Assembly: GCA_043228905.1 (NCBI GenBank)
Contig: JBHGNT010000097.1
Location: forward strand, 1-64,000
Direction: 5' to 3'
DNA: 64,000 nucleotides
Source: Azolla caroliniana
Lineage: Eukaryota; Plantae; Polypodiophyta
The translations under genes and the position numbers were made by a program. Under the pieces are notes generated by a model. It was given only the letters and a program-made list of their open reading frames with translations. It searched no databases and was not told where the DNA came from. Positions 50,767 to 62,560 of the stretch are shown in pieces. Position 1 is the stretch's first letter; each line of letters begins with the position of its first letter.

Positions 50767-50929
50767 TTGTGAAGACTATGCCTCCTATAGATAGTAGGAA
50801 ATGGTTAACCCGAAGGTCCTAGGATTGAGAGGAGGTACTACAGATCGTAGTGCTTTAACCTCTTGCCATAAGCATCTGGCTGGGTGTAGAGTTGATTCAA
50901 GCACGTCTTCATCAGGTTTTCAAAGCCAA

Positions 50930-51001
50930 GTCCCTTTCGTCTAGTGGTTAGGACATCGTCTTTTCATGTCGAAGAAACGGGTTCGATTCCCGTAAGGGAT
51001 A
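50930..51001 (+). tRNA. trnE: tRNA-Glu(UUC)
   Basis: GTCCCTTTCGTCTAGTGG..CTTTTCATG..GGTTCGATTCCCGTAAGGGATA. Confidence 0.93.
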
Positions 51002-51006
51002 ACTTT

Positions 51007-51042
<36 letters not shown>

Positions 51043-51593
51043 GGGAGGCTAGCAAAAGGTCCCTAGCCTCTTCGTTAGAGGGTTGAGCAAGAGGTCCACA
51101 GGACCCCAAGGTCCCGTAGTCCCCACGATGAGTGAGGGCTGGTTTCTCGTGGTTCAGAATGTAAACATCCCCCGCTGAACCCACCGCATCGTCTCATGTG
51201 GGTGTCTTAACACTTTCTGAATTGCCGACGACAAGACAATCTGTTCGTTGATCGAAGTCTTGAGCGATTGGGGGGTTCAGTTGAAATTTTGCTTGCCGGC
51301 TGACTGACGTTCTCAACAACCAACCAACGATGGGCCAACGAACGAACGAGACCATATGCACCGCGGCATTCCCCTTCCCCGCGCGCGAGCCTTTTCATCC
51401 GGATGAACAAATTCGTCACTCAACGGCGGGCGGTCAATTCGCGTAGTTTTTATTTTGTGCACAATCTAACTCTTGTGACCGAAAGCGTGCTCATGTCAAC
51501 GAGACAAGTGCGCCGGAAGAGTCACTGGAGGAGTAGCGAAGGTGCGTGCCGGAGATCCCCCTTCGACTGATGAGAGCGAATCAAACTCTGACG

Positions 51594-51626
<33 letters not shown>

Positions 51627-52167
51627 ACCTAGGACTTGTAAGGGACGAGAGGGGAGACTTCACATGGAGCGCCCAGGCTTACCGCCTAGAAGCCGGTTCA
51701 TTATATCAGACCCGCTTCATCGGTTCCCCACAGCATATCAAAATCCTCATCGCCGGTCGACCCGCCAATCTCTTCTCTTGAGGAGAAAAAAAGGCAAGAT
51801 AAACCCTCGAAAAGGAATGCAGATCCGCTTTCATCGAGTTAACCTTTCAGAAAGAGATCGGCGCTCGTCCCTTCAGTCGCAAACCGAAGCCAAAAGTGGG
51901 TGGAGAACTAGAATGGAAATCGACATGTTGAACGATGAACAGGCTAGAGAAAGTGCGTGCAAAGAAAGAGAGATTCAGCCGAACTACATACATAGCCTGC
52001 GTAAAAAGAAGAAAGAGAAACCCTGCCTGCCTGAAGGTAGAGCCAAGGAACCTCCGTAAAGCAAAAGGGAAGCAATGCGGACTGCCTATTTACTAAATTT
52101 CCAGATGTTCCCGTCACCTGTTATTTGGAGTCGATAGCCAATTCTGCCAGGGACAACTATTTCACCC

Positions 52168-52203
52168 GCAAACCAATGCCTTAAGCCGCTCAGTCATACC
52201 TCC
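52168..52203 (-). pseudogene. 5' fragment of trnS(GCU)
   Basis: Matches ~60586-60621 with one mismatch. Confidence 0.7.
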
Positions 52204-52352
52204 GGCTGGCTCCCCGTTCATCATGAACCGGTTCATCATGAAGGCCTTCATGATGAAAAAGGTTGGCGGGTTTGATGAACCGCCTTGTAAGTGACCCTTG
52301 GCAGCGCATTATAGTCTCTCTCGTGACCCTAACAGACACCCAATAGTTAGTT

Positions 52353-52577
52353 ACGCTAGAAGGTGCGAAATTAATTGGAGTAGGAGCGGCTATCATTGCC
52401 TCAGCGGGAGCAGTAGCAGGTACTGGAAACGTATCTAGTCCTTCGACAACCTTTGTGGCGTGAAATCTCTTATTAGCCAAATAATCATTCGGTTATGTTA
52501 CTCCAGGCTTTGCCTTAACAGAAGTTATCGTCCCGTCTGCTTCGACGATGGCCTTTTCAACATCATTCGTATCTCGA
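52353..52577 (+). CDS. atp9: ATP synthase subunit 9, intronless (ACG start, CGA stop)
   Basis: TLEGAKLIGVGAA..VA*NLLLAK*SFGY..GFALTE; 75 codons. Confidence 0.94.
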
Positions 52578-52647
52578 GAAAACAAAGGAGAACAAATAGG
52601 TTGTACCTACGTACGGGATGGGGGGCTTGATGAATCCCCCATTTCCA

Positions 52648-52721
52648 GGGGAAATAGCTCAGTTGGTTAGAGTGCTGGTTTGTCACGCCAGAAGTCGCGG
52701 GTTCGAGCCCCGTTTTCCCCG
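52648..52721 (+). tRNA. trnD: tRNA-Asp(GUC)
   Basis: GGGGAAATAGCTCAGTTGG..TTGTCAC..GGTTCGAGCCCCGTTTTCCCCG. Confidence 0.92.
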
Positions 52722-53521
52722 TTAGCATCATGCCAAGTTTGTTTTCTCAAGTCGGAGTTGATGATATTGATGGAAAAGAAGCCCGACCACCTCTGCCCTC
52801 CGAGTAGAGCATGTAGCGGAAAAACCAACCTTGTCAGTCTCTACCCTTTTTACACAGGCTATGCCTTTTCTCGTTTAGCGTAGTGTTCAAACATTAGTTT
52901 AGGTCATTTAGAGCCCATTCTGTGGCGGTTGGCTCATTCTTTGCCCCTCCGTGCTGGCTTGGCTGCTGCTTAAAGCCTTTATGCTTCCCTCAATTAATCG
53001 ATTTGTGCCACTTTACCACCTTTCAATTCAATTTGATTCAAAAAGTCAGGTCACGTACTCTTATCTAAGCAGGCTCGGCATGGAAATCATGGGTGGGGTT
53101 TTCGGCCACGAAAGGGCAAGGCTTTGCAGTACCAGGTAGGCCTCCATGGGAGAGTGTGATGTACCAAGTCAATCGTTTGAATCCAGAAAACCTTCCAACT
53201 TGCTTGCTTGCTTGCTTGCTTGCTTGAGAATGCAATCTTTCAATTATCAGAACTCAAATGGAATGTGAAAGCCTGCCTAAGACGACGACAGAGGAATATT
53301 TTGAAAATAGCCCATGGAAAGGCGAAGAAGGGTATTAATGGTTGGCATGAAGCAAATGAAGCGTCTGAATCAAAGGATAGTTACCTATATAACATTCATT
53401 TATATATACTAATATAATGCCATCGCGATATGCCCGGCGAACCGGGTCAGAGTTGTTCTTTTTCGTTCAATTACCACATAGAAATCTATCTTATAATTAG
53501 TAATAGTAATACAATACATTT

Positions 53522-53594
53522 GGGTGTATAGCTCAGTTGGTAGAGCATTGGGCTTTTAATCTAATGGTCGCAGGTTCAAGTCCTGCTACACCCA
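53522..53594 (+). tRNA. trnK: tRNA-Lys(UUU), mitochondrial type
   Basis: GGGTGTATAGCTCAG..CTTTTAA..GGTTCAAGTCCTGCTACACCCA. Confidence 0.93.
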
Positions 53595-53997
53595 GACTTG
53601 AGACTTATAGTAATTACATGATTACAAAAGAAAGTGTACTTCAAAGATCACTCCGCTTCGGCCCAGTTGTGTTGTTGAAGGGGCCATCTGTAAACGTGGC
53701 TAGGCTGTACAGTTAAGTTGCCCCTTGCACTCACCTTACGCCTCGACATCATCCATTCGAAAGCGCGCTCGCTGAACCGCTCGAGGACGAGGGAAAAAGC
53801 TGGCTTGCTTTTCCGCCCGTAGTACCCTCCTATAGAGCTAAGATTGGAGCTGCCTCTTTTTTGTTTGAAAATGTCAGAAAGGCAGAGCAAAAAAAGTTGT
53901 TGTTTTCGAAAGGAATTGACAGAAAATCTTGTAGATAGAATGGCCGCCTTGACTTCCGAGGCTCGATGAAACGGGCTGGCTGCTATGAAACTGCCCA

Positions 53998-54070
53998 ACC
54001 TACTTAACTCAGGGGTTAGAGTATCGCTTTCATACGGCGAAAGTCATTGGTTCGAATCCAGTAGTAGGTA
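53998..54070 (+). tRNA. trnM: tRNA-Met(CAU), plastid-derived
   Basis: ACCTACTTAACTCAG..TTTCATAC..GGTTCGAATCCAGTAGTAGGTA resembles cp trnM. Confidence 0.9.
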
Positions 54071-54971
54071 ACTTGATTTTTCATGCATGGTTTCACTAAC
54101 CAAGTACCGAGTTCCGTGTTTTCCAGCTTGCATTCGTCGTGAGCCAGAGCCAGTCCTTTGTCGATGGAAGACTCGCGGATGAAGCGGTTCATTGCTGCTG
54201 CTTTCGTTCCGATACAAATTAGATAGACCGAGCACTATACATGCCGCTATTGCTTCTATGAAATAAAGTAAATGGGGGGAAGGTCGACCCGCTTTCTACC
54301 AGGCGTGCGGAAAGCGATGAAAACCTAACTAAACTAAAGGTCCAATTTTCTGGCTGCCTTATGGTTGAAGCAATGTTCGGTGGCCCGGCGACTAGTGGAT
54401 GTGGGACGTGTAACTATCCGATTCTGAAACGAACGCCGATGGTCTCATTGACCCAATTTACCGAGAGAGAATTCCGCTAACCATCGTAAGGTGATTAGGT
54501 CTGCTGGTTTTCATCGGGGCGGTCCTATGAGATGATTAGAGTGTATCTCATCACATTCCAGATCTATCAAATAATCGATTGTAAAAGAGTAATGGATACG
54601 GAGAGTTTGACTCATTGAGAGTAGGGCGCAGAAAGTCAAGTCTTGCGATACTTCTCAAGCCAGCCCTTCGTGGTGCCTGACGGAATTGTCTAAAGCTGTT
54701 CTCGGCTCTGGTAACAGAGTTCGCTCCGAAGCTGTCTTGGCTTTTTTTTTGGCCCTCACCGCCTCATGAAGACGAATGAATGGGCCGCATAGATATTCTT
54801 CTGCTAATCTTCTCGAAAGCGGCGCAGTAGTAGCATCTAGGTGTGCAAATGGTTGTAGCGGGGGCTAGGTCAGTCAGATCATCCGCAGGTGCGCTTGAAT
54901 GGAAGTTATTGATCTGGAATTCTTTCCTATAGAGACCTGGCCGGCCGGGAAGAACCAGTTGATAACCCACG

Positions 54972-55004
<33 letters not shown>

Positions 55005-55309
55005 ACGGCCGAAGAAGCGGTTTTCATCGGCATTCTACCTGCCAAAAAGAAAGCAGAGACTTCTGATTCCGCGATTTTGGGCGAAGCGGAAGATGTTGTC
55101 AATGAATAAAGGTACAGCTTGCTCGTTGACATCTCGGAAATATTCTGCCATTGTTGGGGCTAGGTTGAGCCAACTCTCATACGAGCTCTTCAACAGAGCT
55201 AGTCCGAAAAATTGATAAACGTTAAGAACAACCCTCTTTCATGCATGTTGGAACAAAACCCTTCAATTCATCACGGCTTACAGTCTACCGGAATAACCTG
55301 CCATTATTC

Positions 55310-55880
55310 TATCGATTTCCTAATGGATGAAGACATGACTGCATGAGATGTTCCAAGTTTCTCCGCCGCATGAACCGCCCCGCCGCTGAGGATTCTCATC
55401 AGAATCGTATTACTGCTTCCCAGAGAAGAACAGGTTTAACTGATGCTGTTCAAACAGGTATAGAATATTTCAATGGGGTATAGTATAGCGCTTGGTGTCA
55501 TGGACTTTTAATTCATGGGAGGTAGTATGGGTTCCGTTTTAGGTAAGAAGATCACTCGCTTAATTGAATATGCCACGGATAAGTCTTTGCTAATAATCAT
55601 TGTCTGTGCTTTCGAAGGGGCACGTATGCAAGAAGGGACGTTGAGCCTAATGCAAATGGCCGAGATTTCCGCCGCGCCGGCCGTCAAGCCGTTCTACAGA
55701 TCCATCAAGTTCAGAGAAGATTATTCTATATATCAGTTCCCACCTATCTAACTACGAGTGGTGCTACTGCTAGTTTTGGTATGTTAGGGACATAATTATC
55801 GCTGAGTCCGAGGCATACATAGCATCTGCTGGGAAAAGGGTAATTGAATAAACGTTACGTCAAAAGATATCGGAAGCTTA
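55310..55880 (+). pseudogene. accD: Plastid-derived accD fragment
   Basis: [43 protein letters not shown]; frameshifted, with insertions. Confidence 0.88.
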
Positions 55881-56014
55881 TCCTTCAGGGTAGGCGAAGC
55901 GTCATCCGTGCAGTCCCGGGGAAGTACTGGACCAATGGGATTTCTAAAGGACCAATCCTAGTACAGGGTGGTAGCGATTCCCATAGAGATCAATAAAAAT
56001 GAGTTTTCTTTTGC

Positions 56015-56116
56015 AAAGCAAAAAGCACTAAGGGTCATATGATCATCTTATTGAGAAGAAAAGCAAAAAGCACTAAGGGTTATATGACCATCTTATTGAG
56101 AAGAAAAGCAAAAAGC
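56015..56116 (+). repeat. 45-bp tandem duplication (~2.3 units)
   Basis: AAAGCAAAAAGCACTAAGGGTYATATGAYCATCTTATTGAGAAGA x2. Confidence 0.85.
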
Positions 56117-57429
56117 TATAAATACAAGAAAAGAAGGGAATCTCACGAAACAGATTAGATAAAACATGGACATTATCAAAAAGTTTACAGAACGAACTGG
56201 AAAGAATACAGAACAAATTGGAAAGATTACAGCAGGCAGGCAGGCAGGCAGGCAGGCAGTTTGACGAAGACATTATCATAAACTTAGTTCGTTTACAGAA
56301 TGAATTGCACGAGGATTCATCATGGCGATTCTTCGAGAGAACGACGCGGAGCTGTTACCGTTCTTTTCCGTAAAAACTTTTCTTCTGTTCTTGTCATTTT
56401 CGATCCTATAATACTTCGGGGCAGGGTCCGCCCCCGAAATTTAGTTGTATCAACCTAACCTTCTGCGCTAAACTAAATTAGAGCAACGAAAGTTGGTTGC
56501 TTTAGGCGAGCAACCTTGCCTTATTCTCTATCGGAGCGGGTCTTCCCCCGACAGCAAGCAATTGTCCGTCGCATACATAAATGAATATCGATATTACCAC
56601 AAAATACAAAAAAGAAAAGAAGAATGCAATGAAATTGCTGATATTGTCCAAATAAAAAAAAGCACTAAGGCATATTTGGTTTGGTCATCTTTAGAGAATA
56701 ATTCAGCTGGCAGTAGCTGAACTTTACCTAGTTGGTTGCTTTAGGGGATTAATTCCCTTATTCTCTATCGGAGCGGGTCTTCCCCCGAGAGCAAATGTCC
56801 GCCCCCTTTCCCCTCCGAGATTATGAGAAATGTTTCCCTTGCAAATATCAAGAAATTGAGTTGGTCGGCTCCTCCCAGGGCGGGCGGGGTCCATCTCCAT
56901 CATCTGCAACACAAGAGAAGATCTCATATCTCTCTTCAACGGTGCTCCTGTCTCGTCTAAGGTAAGTCCTATAACCACCAAACCTTGTGCTCTCCCCTTC
57001 GCTATCACGTCTCTGTATCCTTTAGAGCGTATAGAATCCTCCAACATGTCACCAAACAAAATGTAGGTCAGGGGCTCTATAAAAATAGGATTGCTATCGC
57101 TGCCGCTTCTTCCTATAATAAGAGTTAGGGTGTACGTAAAGTTTAGGAAATGTCGGCTTAACGTTTTGCAAATTCAGAGGCGGCTCAAGTAACAAGAGTC
57201 AAAGAATGTATATGATACTAACCGTACATTTTTTTTGTTGGTGGCTCAGCGCGCGCTGTTAACCGCTTCATCCGCGATTGGTCTACGGTTCAAATCCTGC
57301 TTCCGCGGATGAAGCGGGGAGATTTACCCATTTCCGGAAGAAGCCGGCCGAAGAAAAGAAGCGGTTTTCATCATGCGGAAGCGGAAGCGGAAGCGGAAGC
57401 GGAAGCGGAAGCGGAAGAAGCGGTTGTCT

Positions 57430-57960
57430 TTCACTCATATGCCAAATCAAATCACGTTGGACTATAGCCCATCAATCAGTGAAGAATGAACTATCGTGCT
57501 TATTTCAAGCAAGCTCCAATAATTGATGAAAGAACCCATAGGTTGGTTTCCCGAGTCACGCATCGCAATATACTGGGCTTTCTAGTTCGGGGTTTAGCGA
57601 TTTGCAATGTAACTTTTTGGGAATTCGTTTTGGCGTGGGTTACTGGACATGCTAGTTTGATGTATCCCATTCGATATCTTCGAACCCGAGAGTCGGTAAA
57701 CTTGACTCCACAATGCTTACGAGAATTGGAATATTCTTCTTCATTATCGACAGATCGGTAGTTTCCGCCCCCGAATATTCTTTCACGAAATGAACCATCT
57801 TTCTCTGGTTTATGAGTCTTGTAATGCAACGTAGAAGGTTAATCAACTTGCCCAGGTCTCCATTCCATTAGGTAACTCTCTTTCGGCCCAACTGCGAATC
57901 TGTTCAGGAGAGGACAGTCCATCGTAAACAGCCATCCTTGATTATTCACGATGATCTTTC
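57430..57960 (-). pseudogene. rpoC1: Plastid-derived rpoC1 5' fragment
   Basis: [45 protein letters not shown]. Confidence 0.88.
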
Positions 57961-58014
57961 TAAACAAGCCCAAGCTTATCGACAAATCTCTCTGTTACTA
58001 AGAAGACCATCTAG

Positions 58015-58125
58015 CAAGAAGCATATCCGGGAGATGTTTTTCATTTACATTCTTGTCTTTTGGAAAGAGCGGCTAAATCAAGTCTCCAATTAGGTGAAGG
58101 TAGTATGACGGCTCTATCCATTGTT
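58015..58125 (+). pseudogene. atpA: Plastid-derived atpA fragment
   Basis: [30 protein letters not shown]. Confidence 0.8.
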
Positions 58126-58996
58126 GCGGAAATGGAAGGGAAGAGAAAGCTTGTTCGCTTAAAGACTTCTATAAAGGGATATAAAGGGCGGGCAACCGAG
58201 ACTTCTATTTACCCTTTTCTTAGCCTGACAAAACGCACTTCAGGAAAGGGGAATTGACCTTTCAAACCTCCCTTCCGCCGCGAAGGCGCTTTAGCGTAGT
58301 GACCTCCCTTCCTTCCCTCCAATAAATCCCTTTATAAATAGAAAAAGGTGGAATTTCATACTCTAATAGTAAGAATAAGTGTTCAGTAGGATCAAAACCA
58401 CGAGCAAAAAGAAAGCGCACAGAAGCCTTGAGAGGAAAGGAAAGGAAAGGAAAGGAAAGGAAAGGAAAGGAAAGGAAAGGAAAGGAAAGGCGGTATCCTT
58501 GAGTAAAGGCGGAGAGTAGGTGCGAGCATTGAAGCTCAGGTTGGAACAAGAACTGGTCTTATTCTTTGTCGTCTTTCGGAGTATAGAAAGTTCGCGAAAG
58601 AGAGCCAATCCCTGATTACGTGTTTATAAAGAAACGGGGTACCGTCGTGCGTGGGGAGAATGCCGCCCGCCCTTCCGCGACGCTTACGTCTCCAATTAAG
58701 ATCCCGCGTGCGTACAGGGAAGGGAAGGGAAGGGAAGGGAAGGGAAATCTGAAAAACAAATATTACCCAAAAACCTATCCACAGGGGGCAGGCTGTCCAC
58801 CACACTTTACGCGAAATTTCCATAATTTGGTTTTGCGCTATTCTCGAGCCACTCGTCCGGAGCAGGTAGGCCACACCATTTGCTCAGGGTTGGTGCTAAG
58901 ATCGGACAGATAGAGAGCTCTGTGGCTCTAGCTCAAAGAGGTTTCGGGTTTTAGTTGCATCTAGCGCATAATTGAGATTTGAACCTAATAATTCGC

Positions 58997-59070
58997 TGTT
59001 TAGGAGTGGATTTGAACCACTGACCCAAGGATTTTCAGTCCTTTGCTCTAACCAACTGAGCTACCTAAAC
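58997..59070 (-). tRNA. trnF: tRNA-Phe(GAA)
   Basis: GTTTAGGTAGCTCAG..GACTGAAAATCC..GGTTCAAATCCACTCCTAAACA. Confidence 0.93.
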
Positions 59071-59215
59071 CATGAGAGGAGTCACTACCAACTATTACTA
59101 CGTCGTCATTGCCCTCTTTGGTCAGAGAAGTAGCCAATTTCTTTTGCATCTCTTAGTGATTGGAGATCGTATGCGCTACGCAGGCCATCTTCAGTAATGT
59201 TTTTTGGTTGATTGA

Positions 59216-60229
59216 GGGCCGTCTGACTTTACCGTAGCCGATAAGTAGCGTTAATCGTCTTCATCGCGCTGATGAAGCAGCGGGTTCATCCACCACCTTG
59301 GTTCTTCCCCGCAAGCAACTTCCGCCGTATTATCCATAGCTGTTCATCAAGAAGGCCTAGAGTTAGTTTTCCGATAAGATTCAAGCTACAATTTCAAACA
59401 GCACCTTTTCTTCATGAAGCGCAAGAAAACTGCACTGCGGAAGAAGAAGAAGCGGTAAAAAGTGTAATATAAATGGCTACCAAAGTTCTTCTTTTGAACT
59501 TTCAAGAAGGCCTGAATATTCATGGATTATTATACGATAATCTTTAATGCGGCTCAGATTGCGGAAAGAATTGAATGCTGGAATTTCGAAATTCCGTTGG
59601 TAAAATTCAGAAGGATCATGCAAGAAGGCAATATCATCTTCTGGCCATAATCTGCGAATCCAGCAAAGCAAAGCAAAGCAGCACTTTTCTTTTCACTTTA
59701 AACCGAGCCGGCGGCAATCTTGATGAATCACTGGCAAGAAGATGCTTTGCACTTTTCTTTCCACTTTAAAGCAGCAATCTTTGAACTCGGAAATGGCACT
59801 TTTCCCTGCAAGCCTGAAACGCACGCCTTCCCCAAAAGAAAAGCGGAACCACCTAACGAGTATTTTAAACAGCAAGCATGATGAACCGGCATGTTCATCA
59901 AACCAAACAGGTTCTTCATGCATGCATGAAGGCCTTCATGATGATGAAAACCGCTTCATTGGAATGTCACCGTCTCATTGACAACACGAATGATAACGAA
60001 TTGACAATATGAATAGTCACGTTAGTTTCCCATTCTTAAGCATGGATTATTATACAATAATCTTCATTTGCTTTTTTACTGTTGACAACATGTAGTGCGG
60101 GGGCAGGGTTTGAACCCGCAGTCTTCAGGTCATGAGCCTGACGAGTTGGCCATTTACTCCACCCCGCAAGCAAGCAAGCAATTGATCTCTCTCTAGCGAA
60201 TCGGAATTTATTTTAGAAAAAAAGAAGCC
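59216..60229. repeat. Composite repeat: inverted copy of ~2403-2968 overlapping a direct copy of 21894-22673
   Basis: Identical ORF translations shared with both other loci. Confidence 0.93.
60095..60168 (-). tRNA. trnfM: tRNA-fMet(CAU), copy 2
   Basis: Identical to 22539-22612. Confidence 0.9.
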
Positions 60230-60533
60230 GGCCAACTCCTATTCAATCTACTTGTGCGGGGGAATGTTTGCTTGCCCGCAGACCCAACTCCACGTGTTAT
60301 TGATCGCATTTCCCGCTGTCCGTCCAAATGAACTTGCACTACTGGTTATTAAAGCAGCATTGATGTTACCTTAAAAGCAGCAAGCGCGCAAGAAAAGAAA
60401 AGAAAAGAAGCAAAAACTAGCACTCCCTTACCGGCTAGGTCTCTCCCGGCAGGCCACTGCCGCATTCCCAAAAAGCAATGTATGGGTTTCTTCCATCACG
60501 TCACTGTCGCATCGCTCGTGCTTCGCACTCGCT

Positions 60534-60621
60534 CGGAGGAAATGGGATTCGAACCCATGATACAAGAAGATTGTATGTTGATTTAGCAAACCAATGCCTT
60601 AAGCCGCTCAGCCATACCTCC
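60534..60621 (-). tRNA. trnS: tRNA-Ser(GCU)
   Basis: GGAGGTATGGCTGAGCGG..TTTGCTAAA..long variable arm..GGTTCGAATCCCATTTCCTCCG. Confidence 0.93.
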
Positions 60622-60659
60622 GGTTGGGATGGGGGATTCATCAAGCCCCCATCCCGAAG

Positions 60660-60690
<31 letters not shown>

Positions 60691-61425
60691 CTACTTGGGC
60701 CAGCATGCACCTATTCTTTCTTTCTTTATCCCGACCGCTCGTCGGTTTACAATGAACTGATTTCGGATTCGGAGGGCTTCCGAGCCGCCTCGGCGGTTAG
60801 TACTAAAAGATCTGGGCGGCGTTAGTCGCCAAGGACTGGCAAAATTACAAAAGGATCTGGGCGGCATTAGTCGCCAAGGACTGGCCAAATCAGAATAGCA
60901 AAATTCTTGAACCATCTCCATCAGTTCAGGAACCACACATTTCTCCAGATCATCGTGACGTACTTCCACGTATCCACTTAAGAGGAAGTCTTTTCATAAT
61001 AAATGACCCTCGAAACCGTAATCGGTTAATGTACGGCGTAAATCAGGATAATTAGGAGAATGTAAACCAGACGTATCCCGCACTTCTCGCTCCCACCGGC
61101 CGGCTGATAGGGATATACTGATTACCAAACTTGCAGAAGTGATTTCATCTACACCAATTCGTACACGAATGCATGGGTTATATCAAATGCTTGGTGAGTT
61201 ATAGACTACTCCGAATCTTCATTTTTGAGAAGGATAATCAACTCCGCGAGTATCGATCGGAATTCCAAGACGTATATTGATATGATACCTCGAAAACCAC
61301 AGGAATTAAAATGGATAGTCCGGAGTGGCGCATAATATGCTTTCTTCCTTCGATGTTCAAAATCTATGTATCCGTTTGAAAACCGATAGAACAGTAGCAA
61401 ATTATTTAAGTGGACTGCAAGCCAT
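60691..61425 (-). CDS. nad9: NADH dehydrogenase subunit 9 (needs editing; alternative ATG at 61449; true stop may be made earlier by editing)
   Basis: [46 protein letters not shown]..ASPW. Confidence 0.92.
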
Positions 61426-62084
61426 GATAAAGTTCAGGCAGGGTTTCATAAAAATCGTAGTGAGCATTGATTCTTTATAATCATGGCTGTTTAATCGGAG
61501 GGCTGAAACCTTAAGCGAAACCGCGTCGAGGCCGGTCATGAGATTCCGCCGTATCCCGGCAGCCTTATCATCAATTAAGGATCCCTACCCAAAGATTCTA
61601 TATGCTTTTCGTTAGGGTTCCTTGATGGGCGGCTTTGGAATGCGTGCTGGCAACCGCTTCATCCGCGCCAAAGCGAAAAGGTTCTGGGGCCGTGGTGGGT
61701 TCGATTGATGGGCCAATCTTCTCAACTAGTTTTGTGCATATGAAGCAAACTTCTCATTCACAACGTTGGAAGATCGCATACCCGAGTACGGCGGCTGGGG
61801 GGGTTTGCTCTAAAGCCATTCCTACACCAAAAGAAAGGAGCAAGCCAAGGTTCTCATCACGGGCATCCCAGGGATTGTTATTATACGATAATCCTTGCAT
61901 CACTCGTGCGAATCGCAAAGCCACCGTTTCCGGATGAATCATGCCTGAACGAGCCAGTCAATAGGGCGGGTGAAAGTATTGAAGAATCGTGAATTCATTT
62001 ACCAAATTAATTGTCGACTTGCTGCTGAAGGCGGCGGCTTTAGGTTTTTTTTTCGATCAAATCGTGGATGGGGTATTCATGGCA

Positions 62085-62171
62085 AGGAAGGGGAGGGATT
62101 CGAACCCTCGGTAAACAAGAGTCTACATAGCATTTCCAGTGCTACACTTTAAACCGCTCGGCCACCCTTCC
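62085..62171 (-). tRNA. trnS: tRNA-Ser(GGA), plastid-derived
   Basis: ..TAGCACTGGAAATGCTATGTAGACTCTTGTTTACCGAGGGTTCGAATCCCTC resembles cp trnS-GGA. Confidence 0.85.
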
Positions 62172-62216
62172 TCAGAGAGAGAAAGCCATGGAACAAAGGC
62201 AATTGCCAACGATCTT

Positions 62217-62238
62217 TCTATATACGAAATTTCGGGTT
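62217..62238 (-). promoter_or_regulatory. Putative CRTA-type promoter upstream of plastid-derived trnS(GGA)
   Basis: AACCCGAAATTTCGTATATAGA, near-identical to the motif upstream of trnE. Confidence 0.4.
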
Positions 62239-62424
62239 ATAGAACAAATTTAGAATAATTCAGACCTCCGCCGGTGGTTAGAAGCTTACCTAGCGCTAAC
62301 AGCGTCACAGGGACCAAATGCGGCCGGGTGAAGCCGGCGGTTCATGCGTTAGTGGACCGCAAACACAGATTAACTACATGGCCTAGCATTGGCAGGGACC
62401 CCTTCAAGTCGATAGCTTTTTGGC

Positions 62425-62460
<36 letters not shown>

Positions 62461-62461
<1 letters not shown>

Positions 62462-62560
62462 GGTATATTAAGAATACAGAGACGGAAATGGCAATAGGAG
62501 CGGAGAACGCTATTGCAGCATTGTAGGGACTACAACATTGTACGCAAGTTCGAATTGACA
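62461..62560 (-). pseudogene. psbD: Plastid-derived psbD fragment
   Basis: PYNAAIAFSAPIAISVSVFLIYP. Confidence 0.75.

Noticed and set aside
36609-53594. Chlamydia- or Rickettsia-derived tRNAs, as reported in some ferns
   Set aside because: trnK(UUU), trnR(UCU) and the others look like native mitochondrial types; no bacterial genes were recognised
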